DNA of 64,000 nt. It comes from Patescibacteria group bacterium. GTDB taxonomy: Bacteria; Patescibacteriota; UBA1384; 2-12-FULL-50-11. The translations under genes were made by a program, and so were the position numbers. The notes below the pieces were generated by a model. That model did not search any database, was not told where the DNA came from, and saw only the letters and a list, made by a program, of their open reading frames with translations. Of the stretch, positions 18,820 through 27,629 are shown piece after piece. How positions within the stretch are numbered: position 1 is the first letter of the stretch; the number at the start of each line of letters is the position of its first letter. The stretch is taken from assembly GCA_016861245.1 (NCBI GenBank), contig BOKZ01000001.1, positions 615,006-679,005 on the forward strand, read 5' to 3'.

Positions 18820-21800
18820 ATGGCACAAAAGCGTAAGAGTGATGACGTGAGTTTGAGCGAAATCGCTCTTAAACCGGTGGAGATTTCTGTCGATCTGCCA
18901 AGCGATAAAAAAGCAAAACCGGGGCTGAAAGTGACTCGTCGGTTCACAAAAGAGGGTGAAGACGTTTTCTCGACAGTTACATGGGAGAAACGGAGTTCTG
19001 TTATCTCCGACGAGAAAGGTAATATCATCTCCCAAATTAATGATATCGATGTACCGAGCAGCTGGACTCAGCTAGCTACTGATATTATCGCTTATAAATA
19101 TTTTCGCAAAGCAGGGTTACCAACGAAAGAGGGGAGAGAGACATCGGTTAAACAACCGATTTTTCGTATCGCTCATACGATCGCGGATTTCGGCGAGAAA
19201 TTCGGCTATTTTGCCAGCGCCAGCGACCGGCAGGCCTACGAGGAAGAGCTTATTTACCTACTCCTAACACAACGAGCGGCGTTCAACTCACCAGTATGGT
19301 TTAACTGTGGCTTATATCATCAGTACGGAATACAGGGTCAAGGCGGATCTTTCTATTGGGATTTTAAAGAAGATAAGGTTTTAGAAACAAAAACTGCTTA
19401 TCGTAACCCGCAATGTTCGGCTTGTTTTATTTTATCGGTTACCGACACGTTGCCGGGAATTTTTGAGTTAGTAAAAACTGAGTCGCATATCTTTAAGTAC
19501 GGCTCGGGAGCTGGCGCCAATTTCTCCACGCTTAGAAGTCGTTTTGAACGATTGAGCGGCGGCGGTTACTCAAGCGGGATGATGAGTTTTCTACGTGTTT
19601 TTGACCGTGCGGCAGGCGCAACTAAATCCGGCGGTACTACCAGACGGGCAGCAAAAATGGTGGTCGTTAACATCGATCACCCTGAAATCGAGGACTTTAT
19701 TGAGTGGAAGGTAAAAGAAGAGAGAAAAGTTCAGATACTAATCGACGCTGGCTACGAGTCGGATTTTAACGGCGAGGCGTACAGCACTGTTTCTGGACAA
19801 AATTCCAATAATTCAGTTCGGATTACCGACGAATTTATGCACGCCTACGAAAATGACGGCGAATGGCAAACCCGAAGTGTTACTACTAAAGAACCTATAA
19901 AAACATTTAAGGCCCGGGAGTTAATGGATCGAATCGCACAGGCAGCCTGGAAGTGCGCGGATCCAGGCGTTCAGTTTGATACGACTATTAACGAATGGCA
20001 CACCTGCCCAAATACCGATCGAATCAACGCCTCAAACCCGTGCTCGGAATATATGTTTCTCGACGACTCGGCTTGTAACCTAGCGTCGATTAACTTGGGT
20101 AAGTTCATTAACGAGAACGGCGAGTTTGATATTGCTGGTTATCGTCACGCTTGCCGCATAATGTTTATCGGCCAAGAAATAGAAGTAGATTTATCTTCGT
20201 ACCCAACCGCAACGATCGCTAAAAACAGTCACGACTATCGGCCGCTCGGCCTCGGCTACGCCAATCTTGGTGCGCTATTGATGCTTAAAGGCGTACCTTA
20301 CGACTCAGAAGAGGGCTTTGCCATCGGTGGAGCGTTAACCGCTATTATGTGCGGCCACGCCTATAAAACGTCAGCGGAAATCGCTGCCGTTAAGGGTCCG
20401 TTTAACGGTTTCGTACGCAACCGCGCGCCGATGTTAAATGTTATGAAGAAACACCGAGCCGCTGCTTATAAGATCAACGAGAAACACTGCCCAACCGATC
20501 TATTTGAAGCCGCCAAACAAGACTGGGACGAAGCGGTAGCGCTCGGCGAACAGTTCGGTTACCGAAACTCACAAGCAACGGTTATCGCTCCGACTGGGAC
20601 GATCGGACTACTGATGGATTGTGATACTACCGGTGTTGAGCCGGATTTTGCGTTAGTTAAATTCAAAAAGCTCGCTGGTGGCGGCTCGATGAAAATTGTT
20701 AATAACGCTGTCCAACAAGCGCTAAAAAATCTTGGGTACACGGAAACACAGCGTAAAGAAATTATCGACTACGCCGTTGGTACTGGTAGCCTCGACGGCA
20801 GTACACCGATTAATAGAGCCTCGTTAGTGAAAAAGGGACTACTTGATAGTGAGATCCAAAAGATTGAGGATTCATTAAAAAGCGCGTTCGACATTACCTA
20901 CGCATTCAACCGTTTTTCGCTTGGTGAAGACGCGTTTAATCGTCTCGGAATTACTCCTGAGATCGAGCAAAAATCGGGCTTTTCCTTCCTTAAACATATT
21001 GGCTTTACCGACTCCGAGATTACCCAGACAAACGAGGTTATTTGCGGTACGCAGATGTTGGAGGGGGCACCTCACCTAAAGGTTGAGCACTACCCAGTTT
21101 TCGACTGTGCTAACAAGTGTGGATCAAAGGGGACTCGCTATATTAAAGCGATGGCTCACGTTCATATGATGGCCGCAGTTCAGCCGTTTATCTCAGGAGC
21201 AATCTCGAAGACCATCAACATGCCGCACGAGGCGACAGTAGAAGACGTAAAAGACGTTTATATCCAATCCTGGAAATTAGGCATTAAAGCGCTAGCCTTG
21301 TACCGCGACGGATCGAAGTTGTCTCAACCACTCAACACGAAAAAAGAGGAGGAGAAAGAGGAAAGGTCGCAAGAAACTGTTGTTGTTTATAAGCCACGAC
21401 GCAGACGTCTTAGCGACGAACGCCAGGCGATCACTCATAAATTTAGTATTGCTGGACACGAAGGCTATATCACTGTCGGTCTCTACGAAGACGGTCAACC
21501 CGGCGAGATCTTTATCACTATGGCAAAACAGGGGAGTGTGATTAGCGGTTTGATGGACGCTTTTGCTACTTCGATCTCGATGGCGCTGCAATACGGCGTA
21601 CCGTTATCTGTTATTATCAGAAAATTTGCCAATAGTCGTTTCGAGCCGTACGGGTTCACTTCCAATCCGCAGATTCGCATCGCCAAATCGATCGTAGACT
21701 ATATCGCGCGCTACCTTGGAATTAAGTTCCTCTCCACCGCCGAACAACAAGAAATCGGTATTAAATCCGATAACCCTGCCGCTTCGAGCCAGGCGCCGCT

Positions 21801-22020
21801 TGAGCTAGAAACAAACGGACCGGGCGTCGCTGTACCGATTAAGCTCGGCGAAAGCGAGAAAGACGTAGAAGAAGATCAGGACGATTCTGACATTACCTCA
21901 CCGCCACCAGCAGCCTCCTCAGACGCTCCGCCGTGTCCAACCTGTGGATCGATGACAACTAAAACCGGTACCTGTTACACTTGTTTGTCGTGCGGTTCGA
22001 CTACCGGTGGCTGTAGCTAG
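18820..22020 (+). CDS. nrdJ: ribonucleoside-diphosphate/triphosphate reductase, class II (adenosylcobalamin-dependent, NrdJ long monomeric form) with C-terminal Cys4 zinc ribbon
   Basis: 1066 aa. Active-site region NPCSEYMFLDDSACNLASINL, typical of class II/Ia RNR catalytic domains. The size, the absence of an adjacent nrdF, and the C-terminal CPTCGSMTTKTGTCYTCLSCG fit NrdJ. GGAGG RBS 7 nt upstream. Confidence 0.85.
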   Translation: MAQKRKSDDVSLSEIALKPVEISVDLPSDKKAKPGLKVTRRFTKEGEDVFSTVTWEKRSSVISDEKGNIISQINDIDVPSSWTQLATDIIAYKYFRKAGLPTKEGRETSVKQPIFRIAHTIADFGEKFGYFASASDRQAYEEELIYLLLTQRAAFNSPVWFNCGLYHQYGIQGQGGSFYWDFKEDKVLETKTAYRNPQCSACFILSVTDTLPGIFELVKTESHIFKYGSGAGANFSTLRSRFERLSGGGYSSGMMSFLRVFDRAAGATKSGGTTRRAAKMVVVNIDHPEIEDFIEWKVKEERKVQILIDAGYESDFNGEAYSTVSGQNSNNSVRITDEFMHAYENDGEWQTRSVTTKEPIKTFKARELMDRIAQAAWKCADPGVQFDTTINEWHTCPNTDRINASNPCSEYMFLDDSACNLASINLGKFINENGEFDIAGYRHACRIMFIGQEIEVDLSSYPTATIAKNSHDYRPLGLGYANLGALLMLKGVPYDSEEGFAIGGALTAIMCGHAYKTSAEIAAVKGPFNGFVRNRAPMLNVMKKHRAAAYKINEKHCPTDLFEAAKQDWDEAVALGEQFGYRNSQATVIAPTGTIGLLMDCDTTGVEPDFALVKFKKLAGGGSMKIVNNAVQQALKNLGYTETQRKEIIDYAVGTGSLDGSTPINRASLVKKGLLDSEIQKIEDSLKSAFDITYAFNRFSLGEDAFNRLGITPEIEQKSGFSFLKHIGFTDSEITQTNEVICGTQMLEGAPHLKVEHYPVFDCANKCGSKGTRYIKAMAHVHMMAAVQPFISGAISKTINMPHEATVEDVKDVYIQSWKLGIKALALYRDGSKLSQPLNTKKEEEKEERSQETVVVYKPRRRRLSDERQAITHKFSIAGHEGYITVGLYEDGQPGEIFITMAKQGSVISGLMDAFATSISMALQYGVPLSVIIRKFANSRFEPYGFTSNPQIRIAKSIVDYIARYLGIKFLSTAEQQEIGIKSDNPAASSQAPLELETNGPGVAVPIKLGESEKDVEEDQDDSDITSPPPAASSDAPPCPTCGSMTTKTGTCYTCLSCGSTTGGCS

Positions 22021-22038
22021 CGAGGCGGAGTAATACCG

Positions 22039-22578
22039 ATTTACACCAAAAAAGGGGATAACGGTGAGACCGGGTTACCCGGAGGACGACGGCTTAGCAA
22101 AGCCGATCGTCTCTTCGAGGTCCTAGGCGGCCTTGATCAAACCAGCGCCACACTCGGGTTGGCGGTGGCGCAAATAAAAAACAAACGGTTACGCGACGAA
22201 TTACAAAATATTCAGCGCCACTTTTTGGCGATCGGGGCGACGCTTGCCTCAGAAAAACCGTTAGAGATGCCAATAATTGCCGAGTTGCCGGCTCTAACTA
22301 AGCACCTGGAACACCAAATCGATATCTGGGATAAACAGTTGCCCGAATTGAAAAATTTTATCTTAGCCGGTGGCTCCGTTGCAGGCGCTACCCTGCACCA
22401 AGCCAGAACGTTTATCCGACAAGCTGAGAGGAATTATTATTGCCTAGACAGCAATCAAAAAATCCCTGAAATCGGCATATACCTCAACCGACTTTCTGAT
22501 TACCTTTTTCAAGCTGCGAGATATTACAATTTCCTCCAAAAGCAGCCTGAGGCGATTTGGAAGTACACAAAAGATTAG
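22039..22578 (+). CDS. ATP:cob(I)alamin adenosyltransferase, PduO-type (N-terminal start unresolved; no canonical start codon)
   Basis: Translation immediately after the nrdJ TAG gives ...IYTKKGDNGETGLPGGRRLSKADRLFEVLGGLDQTSATLGLAVAQ, the hallmark PduO-type N-terminus (IYTxxGDxGxT). The six-frame track only starts at a TTG at 22159. Candidate starts are ATT at 22039 and ATA at 22033. Confidence 0.75.
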   Translation: MYTKKGDNGETGLPGGRRLSKADRLFEVLGGLDQTSATLGLAVAQIKNKRLRDELQNIQRHFLAIGATLASEKPLEMPIIAELPALTKHLEHQIDIWDKQLPELKNFILAGGSVAGATLHQARTFIRQAERNYYCLDSNQKIPEIGIYLNRLSDYLFQAARYYNFLQKQPEAIWKYTKD

Positions 22579-22638
22579 GTGTAATTGAGTTGACTTTCTG
22601 GAGAAAAATCGGTATAGTGGTGGCGTTAAGTTAATAGG

Positions 22639-22692
22639 GACGGTAGTGCTGGAAACGGTCGATCCCCTCCCGTCGTTTCCAGTACTACCGTC
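22639..22692 (+). other. long near-perfect hairpin (about 21-bp stem) in the pduO to 22774 intergenic region
   Basis: GACGGTAGTGCTGGAAACGG...CCGTCGTTTCCAGTACTACCGTC. A TATAGT -10-like element lies about 25 nt upstream. A canonical terminator follows at 22708..22745. Confidence 0.45.
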
Positions 22693-22707
22693 TTTAGAAA
22701 ATCAACA

Positions 22708-22745
22708 AGAAGCCCTCGGTTAATCCCGAGGGCTTCTTTATTATT
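22708..22745 (+). terminator. intrinsic terminator (GAAGCCCTCGG-ttaatc-CCGAGGGCTTC + T-run)
   Basis: Perfect 11-bp stem followed by TTTATTATT. Confidence 0.7.
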
Positions 22746-22773
22746 ACGACGACTATGATATCCTGATAGACAC

Positions 22774-23328
22774 ATGAGAAGCGAGTCAACCTCACCAACT
22801 GCCATCGTTTTAACCTGTATTGCTGCGCTCGGTAGACTAATCCCGCATCCCGCCAATATGACGCCGATTGGGGCTAGTAGCTTATTTGGTGGTGCGATGG
22901 TTGCCAGACCATGGAATTACTTATTACCGCTTCTAACAATGTTTGTAACTGATATTTTTCTCGGCTTCCACGCTACTATGCCGTACGTCTACGCCAGTAT
23001 TGCAATCGGGGTATTTCTGGCTGAATCGTTTCTAAAGAAGTCTGCGAACTTAAAACTTGTAGCCATCATCTCAGTTGTAAACGCTGTATTATTCTTCATC
23101 GTTACCAATTTTGGCGTCTGGGCAAGCTCAACGCTGTATCCAAAAACTACGGCTGGATTATACCAATGTTACGTTATGGGCTTACCGTTTCTGCGGAATA
23201 TGGTAATCGGGGATGTGTTGTTCGGCGTCGGATTCTTCGCCATGTATCAGTACGCTCACAAAACTGCAGTAAAAACCGCGTTTGACAATTGGGCGATCCG
23301 ATCGTTACAGTTGGCGAGGATTAAATAG
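22774..23328 (+). CDS. small polytopic membrane protein (5-6 TM); candidate vitamin transporter S-component (BtuM/ECF-S-like) by context
   Basis: 184 aa, mostly hydrophobic (LIPHPANMTPIGASSLFGG..., VAIISVVNAVLFFIVTNFGVW...). The start is uncertain: 22774 or 22858. Located between the adenosyltransferase and thioredoxin genes. Confidence 0.4.
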   Translation: MRSESTSPTAIVLTCIAALGRLIPHPANMTPIGASSLFGGAMVARPWNYLLPLLTMFVTDIFLGFHATMPYVYASIAIGVFLAESFLKKSANLKLVAIISVVNAVLFFIVTNFGVWASSTLYPKTTAGLYQCYVMGLPFLRNMVIGDVLFGVGFFAMYQYAHKTAVKTAFDNWAIRSLQLARIK

Positions 23329-23336
23329 GAGGAATA

Positions 23337-23614
23337 TGAGCAACGTAACACTAATAGATTTCTGGGCGGCTTGGTGCGGACCGTGTAAAGTGATGCACCC
23401 GATCGTAGAAGAGCTCGAAAAAGAATATAGCGGTAAACTGACCGTTACAAAATACGACGTTGATGATCCTGCAAATCAGTCTGTAGTTCAGAAATACGAG
23501 GTTATGGCGATGCCAACGTACTTTATTGAAAAAGACGGAGAAGTGGTACAGCAGTTCGTCGGCGCTCAGAGCAAAAAGACTCTCGCCGACGCTATCGATA
23601 AAGTACTAAGTTAA
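23337..23614 (+). CDS. trxA: thioredoxin
   Basis: Active site WAAWCGPCK. AGGAGG RBS 6 nt upstream of MSNVTLIDF. About 92 aa. Confidence 0.9.
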
Positions 23615-26539
23615 TTGTTGGAACAGTTGAACGATTTCTGACTCTTCGTCATCGATAGGAAAATCTTTTCTTGAGAGTATCTCGTTGTAGGAATCTACAA
23701 CATCTCGCTTCATTTGTTTAATTTCGTCAGTAGTAATCTGAAAAACTTCGCAACGAAACGTCTTTTTATCATCGATAAATTGGATGGCGAATTCTTTTGC
23801 TTGATACGGAAAGAGTGGGTCGAGTTCGCACAGCATAGCGTAGAATACTAATTGCGCTTTCATTTTACCGTCAGAGTCCTGGGTTTTCCCTTCGATATAA
23901 TTTGCAGTTCTTGATTGTGAACCGGTTTTATAGTCGATAATTCGAACGTTTTTCGTTGTTGGGCTAATCGGTTCGATGCAGTCAATTTTACCGTTTAGCC
24001 AAATTTTTTCTAACATCACCTGGTGAGGTCTAAAACTGTACTCAGTCCCAAGCGGCCTAATCCATGTGGGGGCGTGAGAGTCGTAAAACTCACTTAATAC
24101 ATCGATGCCCTGCTCAAGAAAGGTGTCTCGGTTAGTGTACGGAATGCTCCTCTGTATCTCTTCTCTAAAGTAGAGGAGTAGTTTTTGCTTAGTCGGTAAT
24201 TTCTTGAACGCCTTGTAGTCTCGGTTAAAGCGCTCAAGGGCGGCGTGGACCGAGTCACCGTAAGCCAAGCTTGGCGTAAACGGCGTCGGTAACTTATATA
24301 CGTGTTTCAGTAAGTAAGTTCGTGGGCATGTTTTATAATCCCAGTATGCCGTGAACGAGAACGGGACTTGAGCCACACGCTCCCGGATAAAAGAGAGTTC
24401 GGCGGAGTTGATTGAGGAGTCGGGAATAGGGAAGAGTTGTTGAGTAATGAACCGGCTAAGTTGTGTTTCTTTAATCGTTAGCGGTTCCGATCGAGCAGTC
24501 GTTTCTATCTCTTTAACCAACTGGCTCGGAAGCTCATCACGACCATCAGCGCCGATTTGCGAATACGAAATAGTTAACTGCTTTCTTGCACGAGTTATCG
24601 CCACATAGAACAGTCGTCTCATATCTTCTAACTCATCATTATCAGTACCGGCCGCACCGATCAGCTCACTAGGAATTTTTACCGTAGAACGATTCGGCTT
24701 AACGCGCCAAACGCGATCGGTGGCATGAGGAATAAATACAACGTCAAACTCGAGTCCCTTTGCTTGATGGACAGTATTAATAAACACGCCCGCGGTTTCA
24801 GCGCGGGATCGATTAACTGAAAATGACAGACCGTACGTCCGATGTAGCTCAAGGTATTCGAGCCAATCAGAGAGTTGCGCGGTTTGATTTCGCTTGGCGT
24901 ACTCGCGACAATTTTCAATTAGCGTCGCCACTAACTCAAGGCTCGATAAGTGCTGCGGTCGCTTCCGAATAGCGTCGAGAACACCGCCACGATACAACAC
25001 CTCTTCGACAAGTTCCGGCACCGATAGCAGTTCTTGCCGGTGGTGCCATTCAACGAGACGCTCAGCCACATTTTTTATACCCTGGTTCGCGGTTTCAAGG
25101 GCAGCAGCGATTATTTTCTTCTTTGTTTCGCGAGCAGTATTAATTACCTCAATTACACTCAGCGCCTCTTTTGTACCGACAAGCGCTCGAAGCGCGCTGG
25201 CAACTGCCACATCGTTATTCGGATCGTTGATTGCTCGTAGTAGTTGGACTAACACTTGAACTTCTCTTTCTTTTAGCAAATCCGTACTTTGTAGGCCGGC
25301 CACCACCAAACCGGCTTTCTCAGCTGAATCACGAAAATCATTCGCTTCGCTATTAGTTCGAAAAAGTACCGCCATCTCCTCCCAAGCGATACCATCCTTG
25401 TGCAAACGGTTCAGACGATCGATGAGCGCAAAATGTTCAGCAATTTGGGTTGTAGCTACTAAAATATCTGGCTGTAACCCTGGGCTTACAGTTGCTTGTA
25501 GGGAGTCAGCGACGGCTGGGATTTGTTTTGAGAGTTGCTGGCTGTTGTGAGAAATTAATTCGTGAGCTGTTTCTAGAATTTCTGGAGAGCTTCGATAGTT
25601 TTGAGTTAGTGAAATCACTGTAAGATCGGGATACCTTCGGTAAAAATGCAGCATATTTGTCACTGAAGCGCCCTGGAAGCGGTAGATGGCTTGTTTATCG
25701 TCACCGACGACAAATAAATTTGGCGTCTCGAAAAAATCAGCGAGTAACTCGACTAATTTATTCTGAGCGTTGTTAGTATCTTGATACTCATCAACTAAAA
25801 TATATTGATACCGTTCCTGAAAATATGCTTTAACTTCGGCGTTTTTTTGTAGCGCCGAGAGTGCCAGTAGAATCATATCTTCGTAGTCGTAGACAGAGCG
25901 ACGTTCTAACTCTTTTTGGTACTCCGTTAAAATCTCTGCGAACTCGAGCAGGATCTGGCTCGTTCGTTTGTTCCGTTCAGCTTCAGTCTTATTTTTTACT
26001 TTTTTCCGACCGAGCGCTTGGACGTACGTAACTATCTGATTAACCTCGATCGCTTCCTGCTTAGCCGTCCTAATCGCGCTCGCGATATCGCGAACGTGCG
26101 CCGTTTCGCTTCGAAGTGGACGCAGTAATTTTACTGATGGATTTTTTTTAATGATCTTCTCAAGTAGTAGTAGGCGCTCAAGATTATCTAGTTGAGTGAG
26201 TGTACGAGCGGTTGAAAAAATATGGGGGAAGGTGCCGATAACTTCGTTAGCGAAACCGTGGAACGTTGCGATCGTTACTTGATATGAAACAGCACCGATA
26301 TATTTGGTAAGACGCTCTCTTAGAGCCACAACACCGGCTTCAGTGAAAGTAAGCGCTAAAATATTTTTTGCCGACAGCTGAGTGCTCTGTAAGATAGCTG
26401 CAATTCTAAGCGCGACAACTTGTGTTTTACCCGTACCCGGTCCCGCTACTACCATCACCGGGCCCTCAATCGCTTCGACAGCTTGTCGCTGAGCAGTGTT
26501 AAGTTTGCGCAACTCTTTTCTAAATCGGTTTTCGCTCAT
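23606..26539 (-). CDS. UvrD/PcrA-family SF1 helicase fused to a C-terminal PD-(D/E)xK (RecB/AddB-like) nuclease domain
   Basis: 977 aa. Walker A VMVVAGPGTGKTQV. A UvrD-like helicase core fills the N-terminal two thirds. The C-terminal region carries IDYKTG...FYAMLCE, a RecB-family nuclease signature. Confidence 0.75.
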   Translation of the reverse strand: MSENRFRKELRKLNTAQRQAVEAIEGPVMVVAGPGTGKTQVVALRIAAILQSTQLSAKNILALTFTEAGVVALRERLTKYIGAVSYQVTIATFHGFANEVIGTFPHIFSTARTLTQLDNLERLLLLEKIIKKNPSVKLLRPLRSETAHVRDIASAIRTAKQEAIEVNQIVTYVQALGRKKVKNKTEAERNKRTSQILLEFAEILTEYQKELERRSVYDYEDMILLALSALQKNAEVKAYFQERYQYILVDEYQDTNNAQNKLVELLADFFETPNLFVVGDDKQAIYRFQGASVTNMLHFYRRYPDLTVISLTQNYRSSPEILETAHELISHNSQQLSKQIPAVADSLQATVSPGLQPDILVATTQIAEHFALIDRLNRLHKDGIAWEEMAVLFRTNSEANDFRDSAEKAGLVVAGLQSTDLLKEREVQVLVQLLRAINDPNNDVAVASALRALVGTKEALSVIEVINTARETKKKIIAAALETANQGIKNVAERLVEWHHRQELLSVPELVEEVLYRGGVLDAIRKRPQHLSSLELVATLIENCREYAKRNQTAQLSDWLEYLELHRTYGLSFSVNRSRAETAGVFINTVHQAKGLEFDVVFIPHATDRVWRVKPNRSTVKIPSELIGAAGTDNDELEDMRRLFYVAITRARKQLTISYSQIGADGRDELPSQLVKEIETTARSEPLTIKETQLSRFITQQLFPIPDSSINSAELSFIRERVAQVPFSFTAYWDYKTCPRTYLLKHVYKLPTPFTPSLAYGDSVHAALERFNRDYKAFKKLPTKQKLLLYFREEIQRSIPYTNRDTFLEQGIDVLSEFYDSHAPTWIRPLGTEYSFRPHQVMLEKIWLNGKIDCIEPISPTTKNVRIIDYKTGSQSRTANYIEGKTQDSDGKMKAQLVFYAMLCELDPLFPYQAKEFAIQFIDDKKTFRCEVFQITTDEIKQMKRDVVDSYNEILSRKDFPIDDEESEIVQLFQQLT

Positions 26540-26614
26540 CGAGGGTTAGTCTAATGCTTTTCGTAGTTCTCTCCAAGTCGGCCCCTTGACAATAATTTAC
26601 CGATCGTTCAGAAT

Positions 26615-26880
26615 ATTCGTACCTCGTCAAAGGCAACGCGACCGGAGACGAGCCGCGACCCACAGTCGCGGTGCAGCTGCTCCTTTCAGGAGCGCAACCG
26701 TACCTGGAAAGGTGACGACAACCACCCTGTCGGTAGAGACCACCAAGTGTCTCACAAGCCGATACGGTCCCCCCGCGTCTCACGCGGTAAGTGTTCGTCG
26801 TCGAACGGTCATCCGATCGGGCCCTGGCGCCCGAGCCCCCAATACCGCCCTCCTGTTTGGTGCGTGAGGGGGTCTTTTTT
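26615..26880 (+). ncRNA. candidate structured non-coding RNA (GC-rich, hairpin-dense, promoter and terminator present; family unidentified)
   Basis: About 260 nt at roughly 62% GC in a 48% GC background. A TTGACA -35 lies at 26586. There are at least six local perfect stems (CCGCGAC/GTCGCGG, GCTCC/GGAGC, GAGAC/GTCTC, CCGCG/CGCGG, CGTTCG/CGAACG, TCGGGC/GCCCGA). It ends with CCCTC...GAGGGGG + T8. ORFs in all frames are Arg-rich junk. Confidence 0.4.
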
Positions 26881-26894
26881 TATACACTAACACT

Positions 26895-27602
26895 ATGAAT
26901 CAACCAGAAATCATCGCCGAAACTAACGACTACTTTGTAATAAACAAGCCGGCCGATATGGCGGTAGAGCCGCCATCAAAGCAAAAAACATTACTGGATT
27001 GGCTACTACAAACCAAAAGAATATCTACTGACGGCTGGGAACTGGAGAGTCGTTACGGCGTAGTTCACAGGCTTGATACCGACACATCAGGCGTTATTAT
27101 TTGGGCAAAAAACCCTGCATCACAACAAAACTTGAAACAACTCTGGCAGGGGAGAGCCGTTAAAAAAACCTATCTGGCATTGGTGATAGGGGAGTGTCCA
27201 CAAAACGGCACGATCGAACTTCCGCTCGTGCGCGATAATAAGAACGATCGCCAAGCCATTGCCTGGCTAACGGACCAGCGCGCTCGAGCGGCGATTACCG
27301 ATTACGAGCGAATCGCTATCGGCAGTATCGATTCGTTACAGTGTAGTTTAGTACGAGCGCATCCGATTACTGGTAGAACCCATCAAATCCGCGTTCACCT
27401 AAAGGCGATCGGACATCCGATTATCGGCGATGAGCTTTACGGCGAAAAATCGACCGACACGCTCGCTAAAAAACTACATATCAGCCGTCAGTTTCTTCAC
27501 GCAACCGAGCTTTGCCTACCAAACACAGATTGTTATCGCGCCAACCTACCGAAAGAGCTAGTCGAATCGCTTAGTGCTGCCGGGATCGACTACGTTGAGT
27601 AA
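26895..27602 (+). CDS. rluA: RluA-family pseudouridine synthase
   Basis: 235 aa. Catalytic motif HRLDTDTSGVIIWAKN. No S4 domain. Confidence 0.85.
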   Translation: MNQPEIIAETNDYFVINKPADMAVEPPSKQKTLLDWLLQTKRISTDGWELESRYGVVHRLDTDTSGVIIWAKNPASQQNLKQLWQGRAVKKTYLALVIGECPQNGTIELPLVRDNKNDRQAIAWLTDQRARAAITDYERIAIGSIDSLQCSLVRAHPITGRTHQIRVHLKAIGHPIIGDELYGEKSTDTLAKKLHISRQFLHATELCLPNTDCYRANLPKELVESLSAAGIDYVE

Positions 27603-27629
27603 CGGGGATCTTCTTGGTAAGATTCATCA

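Noticed and set aside
22626-22856. 76-aa minus-strand ORF across the pduO-downstream hairpins
   Set aside because: It spans two strong hairpins/terminators and the start of the membrane-protein gene. No coding signal.
26520-26867. 87-aa and 93-aa ORFs in the GC-rich segment upstream of rluA
   Set aside because: Arg/Pro-rich with no RBS. The region is better explained as a structured RNA bounded by a promoter and a terminator.
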